From Deinococcales bacterium (GTDB lineage: Bacteria > Deinococcota > Deinococci > Deinococcales > JAAFIG01): a DNA stretch of 64,000 bases. Every line of letters begins with the position of its first letter. Within the stretch, counting starts at the first letter, position 1. Below, piece by piece: positions 20,335-30,882 of this stretch. The notes beneath the pieces were generated by a model. The model had not been told where the DNA came from and did not search any database. It saw only the letters and a list, made by a program, of their open reading frames with translations. The translations under genes were made by a program, and so were the position numbers. Location of the stretch: assembly GCA_043778225.1 (NCBI GenBank), contig JAYWGM010000086.1:10956-74955 (forward strand), given 5' to 3'.

Positions 20335-22449
20335 TTAGCGCTTAAAGAGGAAATCAAGCGGCGAGAGGCTTGGAGTTGTTAAAGCCACCGAGTTCAGGGT
20401 GACACTGCAAGATTTATTCAGTGGGGTCAGGTTGGCATCTGGGTTTGGGGCTGTTCCGGCTGCGCCACCGTTGATGGTCGCACCATTGGTGGCTGGGTTT
20501 CTGGGGAAATCGCAGACATACACTGCATTGCGGGCATCAAAGACTTGAAAGCGAAACGAGCCACTTTGTAGGGCATAAGCAAAGACGGGTTTTGAAGTGC
20601 CGTTTTGGACTCCTGTACCCGTTGGGTCGCCATCGGAGTCGAGCTTGGTAAAGTTGAGCGCCCATGGTGCGAGTCCATCAATCAGTAAAGTCCATGCCTG
20701 ATTTGGTTTGGGTGGCAAACTGGCACTAATTTGTGGCACAGGCAAGGCTGGCGGTTGGACAATCGCAGGCGAACTGGGTAAGGCGGGTGGTGCATTCAAA
20801 GCTGGAACGGGCGCACCACCTGTTTGGATATTGCTATCAGCAGTAATCGTGGCGCTACAGGATTTATTCAAGTTTTGTCTTGGCTGGTTATTGCCACGCA
20901 AGGAAAATTGGGCTTGACCACCACTTAGAACCGCGCCATTACCAACCACGTTGGCAGGGAAAACACAAAAGTATATACCATCGTTGTTGGCAATCTGAAA
21001 ATTGGGTCGTCCGCCATCGCTATAAGCAAAAGTCGTGAAGGTCACGCCGTTCTGGACACTCGAGCCAGTTGGGTCGCCATCGGAGTCGAGCTTGGTAAAG
21101 CTGACCACCCACGGTGCAAGCCCATCAATATTGACCGACCATGTTTGCCCTGGTTTGGGCGGAAAACGGGCAATCAGGCTGCTCGGAATGGCTGGTGGCT
21201 GGACAGGTTGGGTTATACCAGCCAATTGGACACTCGAGCCAAAAGCTGCCACGCACGAGGTTTTTAAGTCAGTAAAATCATTGCCATTGCCACTTGCGTT
21301 GCGAACCGAACGCCCCGAACGCCCACCAATAAAAGCGTTTCCACTGACTTGCAGACGGTCAAAATCGCAAAAGTACGAACCCGAACGGTCGGCTGCGACC
21401 ATCTGAAAACGAAACTTTTTATCAGGGGTCTGAAATGCCCATGTTTCGGTGCGGTTGCCGCTTTGGGTAGCAAAACCAGTTGGGTCGCCGTCTTGGTCTA
21501 CTGTGGTAAAATTAAGCATCCATGGCGCGAGTCCATCCAAAGCCACCGTCCAAGTTTCGTTGGGCTTGGGTGGAAAATTTGGTGCGCCAACGGGGTTGTT
21601 AGTGACTGGCTGAACTGGTTGCGGGTTGACGGGCAGGGGTGGCGGTTGAACCACACTGGTTGGGTTGGGATTGACAGGAGCCACGATTGGTGCAGTAAAA
21701 CCTGTACCAAGTTGGGTTGTCCAAGGTTCGCCAAAACCACGAACATTTTGTTGAATCATCGGTATACCAAGCACCAAGGGTCTGCCCAAGGGCTGGCGGG
21801 TGTTGTTGTTGCCAGACACACCTGCACTGTGAACCGCCACCAATTCGCCGCGCAAGTTGTAAATCCCACCGCCAGAGCCACCCGGTCCAGACAAGGCATC
21901 GTGTTTCATCAGGTTGCGGTTCTCGAGAAAACCATTGACGCTGCCACTCGAGACCGTGATGGTTTCAGAAGTGCCATTGATGTCTGGGAAACCAAAGTTA
22001 AAAATCCGCTCGCCAATTCGTACCGCATTGGAATCGCCCAGTGGTACAGCTGGAAAACGTGTGCCACTTGGCACTGGATTACCGCGCAAATCGGTTGAGA
22101 CCTGAACAATCGCCAAATCCACATTAGGTAAACGAGCAATCACCCGCCCGATGTAACGTGGCTCTGGTGCTTGGTCTTCATTTTTCATCATCGAGATTCG
22201 CAGCACTGGACAAAGCTGATTGTTGTCTTCGTTGATGACGACATGATTGTTGGTCAGGATAATCCCTTCGCGCCCAATAAAACTGCCCGAGCCTTGCCAC
22301 AAACCTTTGCCAGCCGCATCAAAACAAACAAATTGGACCGAGGCTTTAATGATCGCATCAAAATACTCCGGTGATAAATTCTGAGCCTGAGCGGTTGTCC
22401 CCAACACCGCAACTGCACCCAAGACGACTTTCGACAACCATCCCCTCAT
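20335..22449 (-). CDS. Secreted trypsin-like serine protease with three C-terminal repeat domains
   Basis: Signal peptide; TNNHV, DLA, GPGGSGG triad; three PPKP-x3-W...DGDPTG repeats. Confidence 0.8.
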   Translation of the reverse strand: MRGWLSKVVLGAVAVLGTTAQAQNLSPEYFDAIIKASVQFVCFDAAGKGLWQGSGSFIGREGIILTNNHVVINEDNNQLCPVLRISMMKNEDQAPEPRYIGRVIARLPNVDLAIVQVSTDLRGNPVPSGTRFPAVPLGDSNAVRIGERIFNFGFPDINGTSETITVSSGSVNGFLENRNLMKHDALSGPGGSGGGIYNLRGELVAVHSAGVSGNNNTRQPLGRPLVLGIPMIQQNVRGFGEPWTTQLGTGFTAPIVAPVNPNPTSVVQPPPLPVNPQPVQPVTNNPVGAPNFPPKPNETWTVALDGLAPWMLNFTTVDQDGDPTGFATQSGNRTETWAFQTPDKKFRFQMVAADRSGSYFCDFDRLQVSGNAFIGGRSGRSVRNASGNGNDFTDLKTSCVAAFGSSVQLAGITQPVQPPAIPSSLIARFPPKPGQTWSVNIDGLAPWVVSFTKLDSDGDPTGSSVQNGVTFTTFAYSDGGRPNFQIANNDGIYFCVFPANVVGNGAVLSGGQAQFSLRGNNQPRQNLNKSCSATITADSNIQTGGAPVPALNAPPALPSSPAIVQPPALPVPQISASLPPKPNQAWTLLIDGLAPWALNFTKLDSDGDPTGTGVQNGTSKPVFAYALQSGSFRFQVFDARNAVYVCDFPRNPATNGATINGGAAGTAPNPDANLTPLNKSCSVTLNSVALTTPSLSPLDFLFKR

Positions 22450-22572
22450 AGATAACCTCCGTTGTGAATCTTATTGTAAACCCAAAACCTGTTTTTGACC
22501 TTGAATAAACCTTCATACTCGAGGACAGTCTAAAAAACGGGTGTTACAGTTGGCGCAACAAAATTTTTAGAG

Positions 22573-22646
22573 GGCAGGACAGACATATTTTACAGGCAGG
22601 ACAGACATATTTTACAGGCAGGACAGACACGGGGGTCTGTCCCTAC
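22573..22646. repeat. GTAG-type REP with 22-bp tandem duplication of one arm
   Basis: GGCAGGACAGACA at 22573, 22595, 22617; 22621-22646 is 24/26 identical to metH 16105-16130. Confidence 0.85.
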
Positions 22647-22668
22647 AGGCGAATGACCTGGAAGCCAT

Positions 22669-23871
22669 TCACAGGCGAATGACCTCGAGCCAGTCGCCAA
22701 TGGCTCGAGCTTCATCAGGCGGGACAATTGCTAGGGCGTTGCTTTGTACCAAACTGCGTAGCACTTGCGAACTCTGGTTAGAGAAAGCCGAGACGCTGTA
22801 ATGCTCACCAGTCCAAGTCAGGTTGGCTCGCCACAAGCCTTGTTTTGCCCCCGCGCTCTTAAAGGCGCTGCTGGCTTTGGCACGAACCGTTTCGTAGGCT
22901 GGCTCGAGAATGCCTAGCTGGATAAAAAGTGCGGCTTTAACCACGACATCAAAAACTACCAGACTCGAGACTGGATTGCCTGGCAAACCAAAGACGGGAA
23001 TGCCCTGTAAATGCCCCAGAATCGGCGGTCCGCCGGGTTTAACCCGAATTCGCCAAAAGTCAATTGTGCCTTGGGTCTCGAGCAGTTTTCGCACAAAATC
23101 GCGTTCTCCCATCGAAACCCCGCCAATCGTTAAGACCAAATGGGCTGCACCAGCCGCCAGAATTGCACTTTTGGTGTTCTCGAGGTCGTCTGGGACTTTG
23201 GGCAATAAAATCGGCTCTGCCCCCATTTCGAGCAATTCGGCAGCTAAACCATAACTGTTGGCGTTGTACACTGCGCCTTCTGGTAAAGGCTGACCGGGTT
23301 CGATAATCTCGTCACCAGTGCTTAAAATAGCAATTTTTGGGCGCTCGAGAACGGGCAGGGTGGCATAACCCATGGCAGCTGCCAATGCCAGACTCGAGCC
23401 GTTGAGGCGTGTACCTTTGGGCAAGTATATTGTGCCAGTCTCGAGGTCTTGCCCCTTCAATCTAATTTCTGGTACGGCTGGTTGGTGCAGCAGCACAAAA
23501 TCACCGTCTCGGGTGGTGTGTTCGACCATCGCAATACCCGTCGCGCCCAATGGGACAGCCCCACCTGTAAAGACCTTGACGGCTTGCCCAGACTCGAGCG
23601 ACTGCCCAAAGGCTTTTGCCCCCGCCGCAACTTCGCCCACGAGCCGCAAACGCACAGGGGTTTTTGGGGTGGCGCTCAAGGTTTCCTCGAGTTGTACTGC
23701 ATAGCCATCCAAAGCACTGTCATTGGTGTTGGGATGGTCTACCAAGCTGCTTAAATCGGCTGCCAGCACCCGATTGCTTGCCTCGAGCAGAGGCACATTC
23801 TCGAGTTTAAGAGTTGGCAAGGCAGCCACAAGGGCAGCCACTGCTTCGGGGATCGTCAGGTCAGTTCGCAT
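22669..23871 (-). CDS. moeA: Molybdopterin molybdotransferase
   Basis: SALDGYA, STGDEI, GGVSMG, VKPG, GLPGNPVSS. Confidence 0.93.
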   Translation of the reverse strand: MRTDLTIPEAVAALVAALPTLKLENVPLLEASNRVLAADLSSLVDHPNTNDSALDGYAVQLEETLSATPKTPVRLRLVGEVAAGAKAFGQSLESGQAVKVFTGGAVPLGATGIAMVEHTTRDGDFVLLHQPAVPEIRLKGQDLETGTIYLPKGTRLNGSSLALAAAMGYATLPVLERPKIAILSTGDEIIEPGQPLPEGAVYNANSYGLAAELLEMGAEPILLPKVPDDLENTKSAILAAGAAHLVLTIGGVSMGERDFVRKLLETQGTIDFWRIRVKPGGPPILGHLQGIPVFGLPGNPVSSLVVFDVVVKAALFIQLGILEPAYETVRAKASSAFKSAGAKQGLWRANLTWTGEHYSVSAFSNQSSQVLRSLVQSNALAIVPPDEARAIGDWLEVIRL

Positions 23872-24007
23872 ATGGCACAGTCTACTGGGTTTCAGGTGTG
23901 CTTCAAGATTTGACCTAAGGCAGTAGCATAAAACTAAGTTGACTAGGGATATGCTTGTGTCTCAAGTTTGCATCCACTCAAGCAACAATTTAGAATGACA
24001 CTGGCTA

Positions 24008-24852
24008 TGAATCAACTTCTACCCCCAGAACTCGAGCCAAAACGCGCTGCCCGACTCGAATTCAATTTGCTGTTTGGTTTTGCCACCCTTGGGCTGTTGT
24101 TGTTTGCGGCGCTGCTGGGCTTAATCTGGACTCCACACAGCCCAACTTTTCAGAATTTTGCAGTCCAACTCCAAGCCCCTAGCTTAACTTATCCACTTGG
24201 CACAGATAACTTTGGGCGCGATACCTTATCCAGACTGCTGCGTGGCTCGAGTACCAGTGTGCTGGTTGGCTTAATCAGCGTTGGCATTGGCTCGAGCCTC
24301 GGCTTGTTGCTGGGTATGATTTCTGGTTGGCTTGGTGGGCTTGTGGACGACCTCATCATGCGGGTTTTGGATGCGCTCTCGGCATTCCCGACAATTTTAC
24401 TGGCGCTTTTAATTGCGGTTATTTTGCGCCCGAACATTTGGAGTGCAATGCTGGCGGTTGGCATCTCGAGCATTCCGACGTTTGCTCGTTTAACACGGGC
24501 TGGGGTCATCGCCACCAAAAACCTAGATTTTATTGATGGCGCAAGGGCATTGGGCGCTCGAGATATGCGGCTGATGTTTCGGCATATCCTGCCCAATATC
24601 GCTTCAGCTTTGATTGTGCAAGCCACTTTTGCTTTTGGGATTGCGATTTTGGCAGAGGCAGCACTGTCCTATTTGGGATTAGGCACACAACCACCCGCCC
24701 CAAGTTGGGGTGTGATGCTGCGCGATGCCCAAACTTTTATTTATCAAAGCGCTTGGGCAACAATTTTTCCGGGTGTAACGATTGCGATTACGGTACTGGG
24801 CTTAAATTTACTGGGCGATGGTCTGCGCGACCGCCTTGACCCACGGCGCTAA
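24008..24852 (+). CDS. Peptide/nickel ABC transporter permease (DppC/OppC-like); start uncertain
   Basis: PLGTDNFGRD, EAA-like loop GARALGA, LGDGLRDRLDPR. Confidence 0.88.
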
Positions 24853-26192
24853 AATGGTGGTTTGGCGGTGAGCAATGCCACCGCTAAAGTTGCCATTGCA
24901 CTCGTCAGCACAGCAATTGTTGCTTTTGGCAGCCAAGCCACCCGCATGACCTCGAGTTTTTCCATGGTTGCCACACTGCGACCAAATAAAGCTCCTGCAT
25001 AGGTAAAGCCCAACCATGCAACCATACCAAATAGCACGTGCCAGACAATTGTCTCGAGATTGATTCTGGGGTAGACAAAAAGTTGTGAAGTTCCAATCAA
25101 CACCACACCAATTGCCAGTGCGCCACTCGAGAATGCACTTTTTATTGTCCAAGTGCCACTTTTTTGCCAATATGCAATCAGGTCAAGCGCCAACAGGATA
25201 CCAATGGCTATGGTGTGGGCGCGTAGGGTCATGCCAAGGTCAGTACCACCAACCACCAACAAAGCAGCCGTGCGTTGCAGCAGCAAGAACCCACCAACCA
25301 GCATGGCTACACCAATCCGCTTGGTGGCATTTTGCACAAATGCACCAATAAAACCAGTCACAGACAAAATTGCAGCAATAAATAACGATTCTGGGCGTTG
25401 CCAAAAAAGTTTTTCGGGGTCGCGCATCGCATACTCTAGGGCAGTCACATTTTCCCATTCGGTTGTGCCAAATTGCAATAAAAACATCAGTGCCGAACCA
25501 CACAGCCAAAGGGTCAGCCATTCATTGAGTGACATATTTTGCAATCCACGCCAGACTCGAGAAACTTGACTCGAGAGTGCCAGGGTCGCGCCACATAAAA
25601 TCACACCAACAAAGCCCAGCATTAAGGTGATATGCGGTAAGCTCCAAGCGGTGATGTCCAAACCATAAATTTGATGCCAAAGTAAGTCTGAAGGAGCGCT
25701 AAACAGCAAAAATAGACTGACCGATGCCAGCAATGCCACCAGCGGTTCGCTTCTGGCTCGAGACCGAAAACCACCTTGTCCAGTCAGCACCAAATAGAGA
25801 ATGCCAGCACTGGCAAGCAGCGAACAGATTGCAAAGCTCGAGTACATCATGATGTGCGGCATCCACAAAAAATCATTGCCCGTGCCATAACGTCTGTGCC
25901 AGGCTTCATCCCAAGTGGTCGAAAAGGTCATCAGTGTACCAGAGGTGAGCACTGCCACAGCCCCAAGGTGACGCAGCAGTGCATTGGGTTTACTTGGTAC
26001 AGCATTTTTAATCGGTGTGACCAAAAGCCAGTATAAAAAACCAGTGAAGCCTAAAATTAAACCAATTAAAACCGCCACACCCAGCACAAAGGTGAGTCCT
26101 GGTGTGGCAGTCCCGCCCCAACGCACGATATTCACCAGAACCAGAAAAGCCCCAATTGAGACCCCGATTCGTTGCGATTTTGTCCAGGTCAT
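24849..26192 (-). CDS. Multi-pass membrane protein of unknown function
   Basis: Many TM segments; duplicated WDEAWH/DLLWH ... PH motifs. Confidence 0.7.
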   Translation of the reverse strand: MTWTKSQRIGVSIGAFLVLVNIVRWGGTATPGLTFVLGVAVLIGLILGFTGFLYWLLVTPIKNAVPSKPNALLRHLGAVAVLTSGTLMTFSTTWDEAWHRRYGTGNDFLWMPHIMMYSSFAICSLLASAGILYLVLTGQGGFRSRARSEPLVALLASVSLFLLFSAPSDLLWHQIYGLDITAWSLPHITLMLGFVGVILCGATLALSSQVSRVWRGLQNMSLNEWLTLWLCGSALMFLLQFGTTEWENVTALEYAMRDPEKLFWQRPESLFIAAILSVTGFIGAFVQNATKRIGVAMLVGGFLLLQRTAALLVVGGTDLGMTLRAHTIAIGILLALDLIAYWQKSGTWTIKSAFSSGALAIGVVLIGTSQLFVYPRINLETIVWHVLFGMVAWLGFTYAGALFGRSVATMEKLEVMRVAWLPKATIAVLTSAMATLAVALLTAKPPF

Positions 26193-26323
26193 GTGGTTTA
26201 GTGTACACAGTTTTGAATGGGCTTATACTGTCTTTGGAGTCTTCTGTGTCTTTTTGTACCCAATTAAATTACCAATTTGCTTGTGCTACCAGATAAAGTC
26301 TTTCCTTGTTAAACTCTATACTG

Positions 26324-26791
26324 ATGCTCGAGAAATTACGCTTACTGTTGGTCGAACAAAAAATCGTGCTGCGCCTCGAGAACCCAGAACGTGGCGCGAA
26401 AGTCACCATCGGTTTGCGGCAATTGCAAATAGCAATGTTTATTTCGCAATGGCTGATTTTTGGGCTGCTGATTTTAATTTTGGCTCGAGATACGCCGCGA
26501 GTTGTGGCTGTTTCGGGTTGGTTTTTTGCCATTGCCATACCTTTGCCTATTTTTGTAGCCGTTTTTTCAGAACTGGCTTTTCGAGAAGAACCGAGTTTTA
26601 CTGCCCTTTTGCGCCTTTGTATCCAGACGGCTGTCTCGAGTTCGATTCCCGCAATGTTAGCCGCGCTGGCTTGGCTCTTTGAAGGCTTGACGCTTGGTGT
26701 GGCTGGATTATTTGGCTCAAGCCTGATTGCCTTTGTGGTCTGTTGGGTGCGTCTTGAATTACTGGCTGGGCTTGTGCCACAAATTAAATAG
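26324..26791 (+). CDS. Hypothetical membrane protein; start uncertain
   Basis: Four hydrophobic segments; fills the gap co-oriented with comEA. Confidence 0.6.
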   Translation: MLEKLRLLLVEQKIVLRLENPERGAKVTIGLRQLQIAMFISQWLIFGLLILILARDTPRVVAVSGWFFAIAIPLPIFVAVFSELAFREEPSFTALLRLCIQTAVSSSIPAMLAALAWLFEGLTLGVAGLFGSSLIAFVVCWVRLELLAGLVPQIK

Positions 26792-26821
26792 AACCAAACA
26801 CTGTGCTACAATGAGCCTTCG

Positions 26822-27361
26822 ATGGCAGTCAAACGAGAAATCATCATCACCACAGGGCTTTTAGCGATACTTGGCGGGGCGAGCTTTCTGGGTTTGCGCC
26901 CCAACGAAATCCCAGCCGCCCAAAACGCGCTCGAGCGCTTACCAATTCGTGTCGCGGTGGCTGGCGAAATCAATAAGCCCGGTGTGTACCAGTTGCCATG
27001 GGGCGCTCGTACTGAGGCTGCGATTGCGGCGGCTGGGGGCATCAGCAAAAATGCCGAAATGAGTTTGGTTAATCCAGCCCAAATCCTGACCGATGGCGAC
27101 CAAGTGCGAATTCCAAGTAAAGAAGTTTCGAGCAGTCCAACCTCGAACAGCACAACCCCAAATCAAGCCAGCGCATCTGGTGAACGAATCAACCTCAACA
27201 GTGCTACGCCAGCCCAAATCGAGAGCTTACCGGGGGTTGGACCAAAAATGGCAGAACGGATTCTCAAAGCCCGTCCCTTCTCGAGTCTTAAAGATTTGGA
27301 TGCGGTCAAAGGCATTGGACCAAGTATGCTCAAAAAACTCGAGCCTCTGGTCAGATTTTAG
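26822..27361 (+). CDS. comEA: Competence DNA receptor ComEA
   Basis: TM anchor, SLBB (VAGEINKPGVYQL), HhH (INLNSAT, LPGVGPKMA, VKGIG). Confidence 0.9.
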   Translation: MAVKREIIITTGLLAILGGASFLGLRPNEIPAAQNALERLPIRVAVAGEINKPGVYQLPWGARTEAAIAAAGGISKNAEMSLVNPAQILTDGDQVRIPSKEVSSSPTSNSTTPNQASASGERINLNSATPAQIESLPGVGPKMAERILKARPFSSLKDLDAVKGIGPSMLKKLEPLVRF

Positions 27362-27417
27362 TTAAGAAAATTCATCTTGAGAATGTAAAGTGCTTACCGA
27401 TAGACCCTTGGAGACTT

Positions 27418-29352
27418 ATGAGCGAACCAGCCACCAATCCAGAACAAGAAATTTCGTTGCGCGATGTGTATTTAATCCTGAAACGCAATACAGGCATTAT
27501 TTTGCTTATCCCTGTTGTTTTTGCCGTTTTGGCAGCCCTCTATGCTTTTTTTATTGCCGACCCAGTTTATAAATCCGAAGCTAACTTAACCATTCAAACC
27601 ACTGCAATTCAGTCCAGAATCGAAACCAGTATCGAGACCACTTCGGTTGCGGCGTTTACAAGCGATCAAATCGAAACGGTTGCAACCTCGAGACCAATTC
27701 TTGATAAGTTAATCGAACAAATTCGCACTTCGGACAATGCCCCAACCAGTTGGCGAGTTGAGCGCTTTGATGCAGGTTCGCTTGATAAAAACCTAAAAGT
27801 GAAATTTCCCAAACCAAACGCTCGAGGTACGACCGATGCCTCCTTAGTGACACTCGAAGTCAGTGCGCCAGATGCAAGATTGGCGGCTGAAGTTGCTAAT
27901 GCTTGGGCGCGGGAAACCAACACAGCCCTCAATTTACTGCCCCAAGAACGGGTCAAAGATTCAATCAATACCCTTCAAGGCGAGGTGACTCGAGCCAGCA
28001 CTGCCTTGAGTGAAGCCGAGAAAAATTATCAGACCTTTACTGAAGCCAGCAACTTGACCTTAAACCAAGCCGAAGTGGGCAGTGCTACCAATGAACGCGC
28101 CAGCTTAGACCCTCTTATTGCACAAGCCCAACAGTCTTTAATTCAAACTCGAGCCGAACTTACCCAACGCAATAAAGACTTAGCTGTGGCTGCCAGTACT
28201 GTTGGTGTAACCGCCGATAACACCCAAGCCTTAGGGGTGGTTGCTAATGGTCAAACTTTAGGTCAAGTCAAGCGCACCCTTAACCTCCAAGTTATAGCGG
28301 CTCAAAAGCGAATGCTGCTTGCAAACGAAGCCCTGCGCCAATTTAATGCAACCAACGACGCGACACTTTTACGTGGACGAATTGGTCAGAACGAGTCCCG
28401 TATGGTTGAAATCAATGCTAAAATACAGTCTTTTGAATCAAGTCTAAAAACCTTGAATGCCCGTTTGCAACAAGCCCGTACCGAAATTAAGCAACAGCCC
28501 GAACTGCTGACCCTCGAGCGAGAATTGCTCAGTGACCCCGTGATTGGGGCAGCAATACAGACTCGAGACCCACGCTTAAATGATTTGGTCGGCTTAAAGT
28601 TACAAAATCAAGAGGTTAATCCAATTTACCGAGAACTGCTGCAAAGTATTATTGCAGTGCAAGGCGACATTCGTACTTTAACGGCGGAACGCGAGGGGAT
28701 TCGTCAAGAACAAAAAACCCGCAATGTCCAACTCGAGATAGACCGTCGGCGCTTGGCTGCCTTAAATAAATTGGCTGAGCCAATTGCACTCGAGGCTCGT
28801 TCGGCACAGAGCGCTTTTGAAAATGCTCGGGCGCAAGCCAGCCGCCTTGATGGAATCGCGGATTCACAACTTAATGGAATTTCGGTGGAGAACACCAACC
28901 CTGAATATCAGCGCCTTCGTACCTTGGTCAATGACTTGAGTTCCAACGAAACACGAATCAATGTGACCCTACAAGGTTATCAAACTCGAGCCAAACAACT
29001 TGACGTGCGAATTAATGAATTAAAACGTAGGGTTGCCACTGATAGTGTGACTTCTGCCCGAATTGGACAACAACTCGAGTTAGCACGGGCGCAATTTAAG
29101 ACCTTGAGCCAAAAAGTGGTGGACTTAAAAATCGAACAAGCCTCGAGTAAATCCTTGGCTCAGGTACTCGTACCCGCTTTTGCCCCAACTCGTCCAGCTT
29201 CGGCTCGTTCCACGGTAATTTTACTGGCAATTGTGGCTGGTTTATTGATTGGTCTGATTATTCCGTTTATTCTTGAGGCACTGCGTGACCCAAATGCACC
29301 TTTGCGAATCTCGAGGCGTACTATAAGCCCAGCTTTAGCCGCCGAGGACTAA
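27418..29352 (+). CDS. Wzz/GumC-like polysaccharide chain-length regulator
   Basis: EISLRD N-terminus, two terminal TMs, long coiled coil, Pro-rich pre-TM motif. Confidence 0.8.
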   Translation: MSEPATNPEQEISLRDVYLILKRNTGIILLIPVVFAVLAALYAFFIADPVYKSEANLTIQTTAIQSRIETSIETTSVAAFTSDQIETVATSRPILDKLIEQIRTSDNAPTSWRVERFDAGSLDKNLKVKFPKPNARGTTDASLVTLEVSAPDARLAAEVANAWARETNTALNLLPQERVKDSINTLQGEVTRASTALSEAEKNYQTFTEASNLTLNQAEVGSATNERASLDPLIAQAQQSLIQTRAELTQRNKDLAVAASTVGVTADNTQALGVVANGQTLGQVKRTLNLQVIAAQKRMLLANEALRQFNATNDATLLRGRIGQNESRMVEINAKIQSFESSLKTLNARLQQARTEIKQQPELLTLERELLSDPVIGAAIQTRDPRLNDLVGLKLQNQEVNPIYRELLQSIIAVQGDIRTLTAEREGIRQEQKTRNVQLEIDRRRLAALNKLAEPIALEARSAQSAFENARAQASRLDGIADSQLNGISVENTNPEYQRLRTLVNDLSSNETRINVTLQGYQTRAKQLDVRINELKRRVATDSVTSARIGQQLELARAQFKTLSQKVVDLKIEQASSKSLAQVLVPAFAPTRPASARSTVILLAIVAGLLIGLIIPFILEALRDPNAPLRISRRTISPALAAED

Positions 29353-29355
29353 GCG

Positions 29356-30012
29356 GTGTTTAGCTGTCAAGACCTTGGGGTCATGCCTTACCGCGAGGCA
29401 TATGCTTTGCAACTCCGGACCCATGCACGGGTGGTGGCTGGCGGTACACCAGAACTCTTGCTGCTCGAGCATCCTCGAGTCATTACCCATGGTCGTAAAG
29501 ACTTGCAAAATACCAACCTTATTACCCCACTAGAGGTACTGGCGCAACTTGGCATCGAGGTCGTGGCAACCGAGCGCGGTGGAACTGCTACCTATCATGG
29601 ACTTGGGCAATTGGTGGCTTATCCGATTTTTCCAGTCGGGCGACGTGTCCGAGATTTTTTAAGCCGCCTCGAGCAAGTCCAAATTCGGGTTCTGGCGCAG
29701 TATGGGCTAGAAGCTCGTCCCAACCCCGGTTATGCTGGTGTGTATATCGGCAACGATAAAATCGGTAGCATTGGTGTGGCTATTCGCCAAAATGTAGCGA
29801 TTCATGGTCTGGCACTGAACATCAATACCCACCTAGCCGATTTTGATTTGATTGTACCGTGCGGGCTTACAGACACACGCATGACCAGTTTAGAAAAAAT
29901 CCTCGGGCACCCAGTGCCAATACTCGAGGTCAAAAAGTATCTACTCGAGGCTTTTATAGCAGAATTTGCGGGCTATAAATGGCTCGAGCAGTTGCGTGGT
30001 CTCGAGTTGTAA
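29356..30012 (+). CDS. lipB: Octanoyltransferase
   Basis: LLEHP, RGGTATYHGLGQLVAYPI, KIGSIG, HGLALN, VPCG. Confidence 0.93.
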   Translation: MFSCQDLGVMPYREAYALQLRTHARVVAGGTPELLLLEHPRVITHGRKDLQNTNLITPLEVLAQLGIEVVATERGGTATYHGLGQLVAYPIFPVGRRVRDFLSRLEQVQIRVLAQYGLEARPNPGYAGVYIGNDKIGSIGVAIRQNVAIHGLALNINTHLADFDLIVPCGLTDTRMTSLEKILGHPVPILEVKKYLLEAFIAEFAGYKWLEQLRGLEL

Positions 30013-30052
30013 GTCAGCCGAACTGTCTCGAGTTGTAAAGCAGCCGAACTGT
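29999..30052. repeat. 26-bp tandem duplication spanning the lipB stop codon
   Basis: CTCGAGTTGTAA..CAGCCGAACTGT at 30001 and 30027. Confidence 0.85.
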
Positions 30053-30101
30053 GGTCGTAAAGCAAACAGATTTTCCCGCATAAAATTTGTACAATAACCA
30101 T

Positions 30102-30500
30102 ATGAATACCCAAGTTCCAGCTTTTATTCTCGAGCTTGCCGAAAAAGCTGCCGTGGCTTCGGGTGCAAAAGCGGTCTATTTATTTGGCAGTTATGCAAGG
30201 GGACAAGCCAAGCCAGACAGCGATGTGGATTTGCTGTTGGTCATGGATGACAACGCTAATTTACGCGATTCGAGTATTGCTGCCTATCAAGCGAGTCGTC
30301 CTCGAATCATTGGTGTAGATTTTATTGCCATGCACCAAACAGCCTACCAATTGCGTCAGTCCATTATTGCTTTTGAGGTTGCTCGTGAAGGTATTTTATT
30401 GCTTCAAAATACTGATGCCATCTCCAAATTTCAAGACCAACAGTCTGTATTTATGACCACTTTTTCGCGGCGCTATCAAGCCGAGGTTGTCCATGGCTGA
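30102..30500 (+). CDS. Minimal nucleotidyltransferase (MNT) antitoxin
   Basis: LFGSYARG, DSDVDLL. Confidence 0.88.
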   Translation: MNTQVPAFILELAEKAAVASGAKAVYLFGSYARGQAKPDSDVDLLLVMDDNANLRDSSIAAYQASRPRIIGVDFIAMHQTAYQLRQSIIAFEVAREGILLLQNTDAISKFQDQQSVFMTTFSRRYQAEVVHG

Positions 30501-30882
30501 TTCCATCAGTTGGCAAGATTGGTACGAACGAGCAGAGCGTCATTTTCAACGAGCCATGGATGATGTGATTGAATATCCAACTCAAGCCAGTGGCGAATTA
30601 CATTTCGCCTCGGAATTATACTTAAAAGCAGTCATTTTGTTGACCCAACGTTTACCGGAACGGACTCATGTGCTTGAAAAGATTTTACAAAGTATCGATC
30701 CAAATTTGTCAATGACGGCTTTGGAGTTTGCAGCGGCTGATATGCTGACAAAAATTGGTTTTCAAGAACGTTATCCTGGGAGTTTTGACGAAATAAGTCC
30801 AGAAGAAGCTCAGATTATGCTCAATGCCGCCAAGGTACTTCGTGCTTATGCTCGAGAAAAACTTGGCTTGGAGAACTTATGA
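30493..30882 (+). CDS. HEPN domain protein, partner of MNT
   Basis: [16 protein letters not shown]; coupled to MNT. Confidence 0.8.
   Translation: MADSISWQDWYERAERHFQRAMDDVIEYPTQASGELHFASELYLKAVILLTQRLPERTHVLEKILQSIDPNLSMTALEFAAADMLTKIGFQERYPGSFDEISPEEAQIMLNAAKVLRAYAREKLGLENL

Noticed and set aside
22573..22646. Possible CRISPR array or iteron set
   Set aside because: Identical 22-bp tandem units from a REP arm; no spacers and no replication gene
25984..26682. 232-aa ORF and similar antisense or alternate-frame ORFs
   Set aside because: Overlap better-supported genes and show no recognisable motifs
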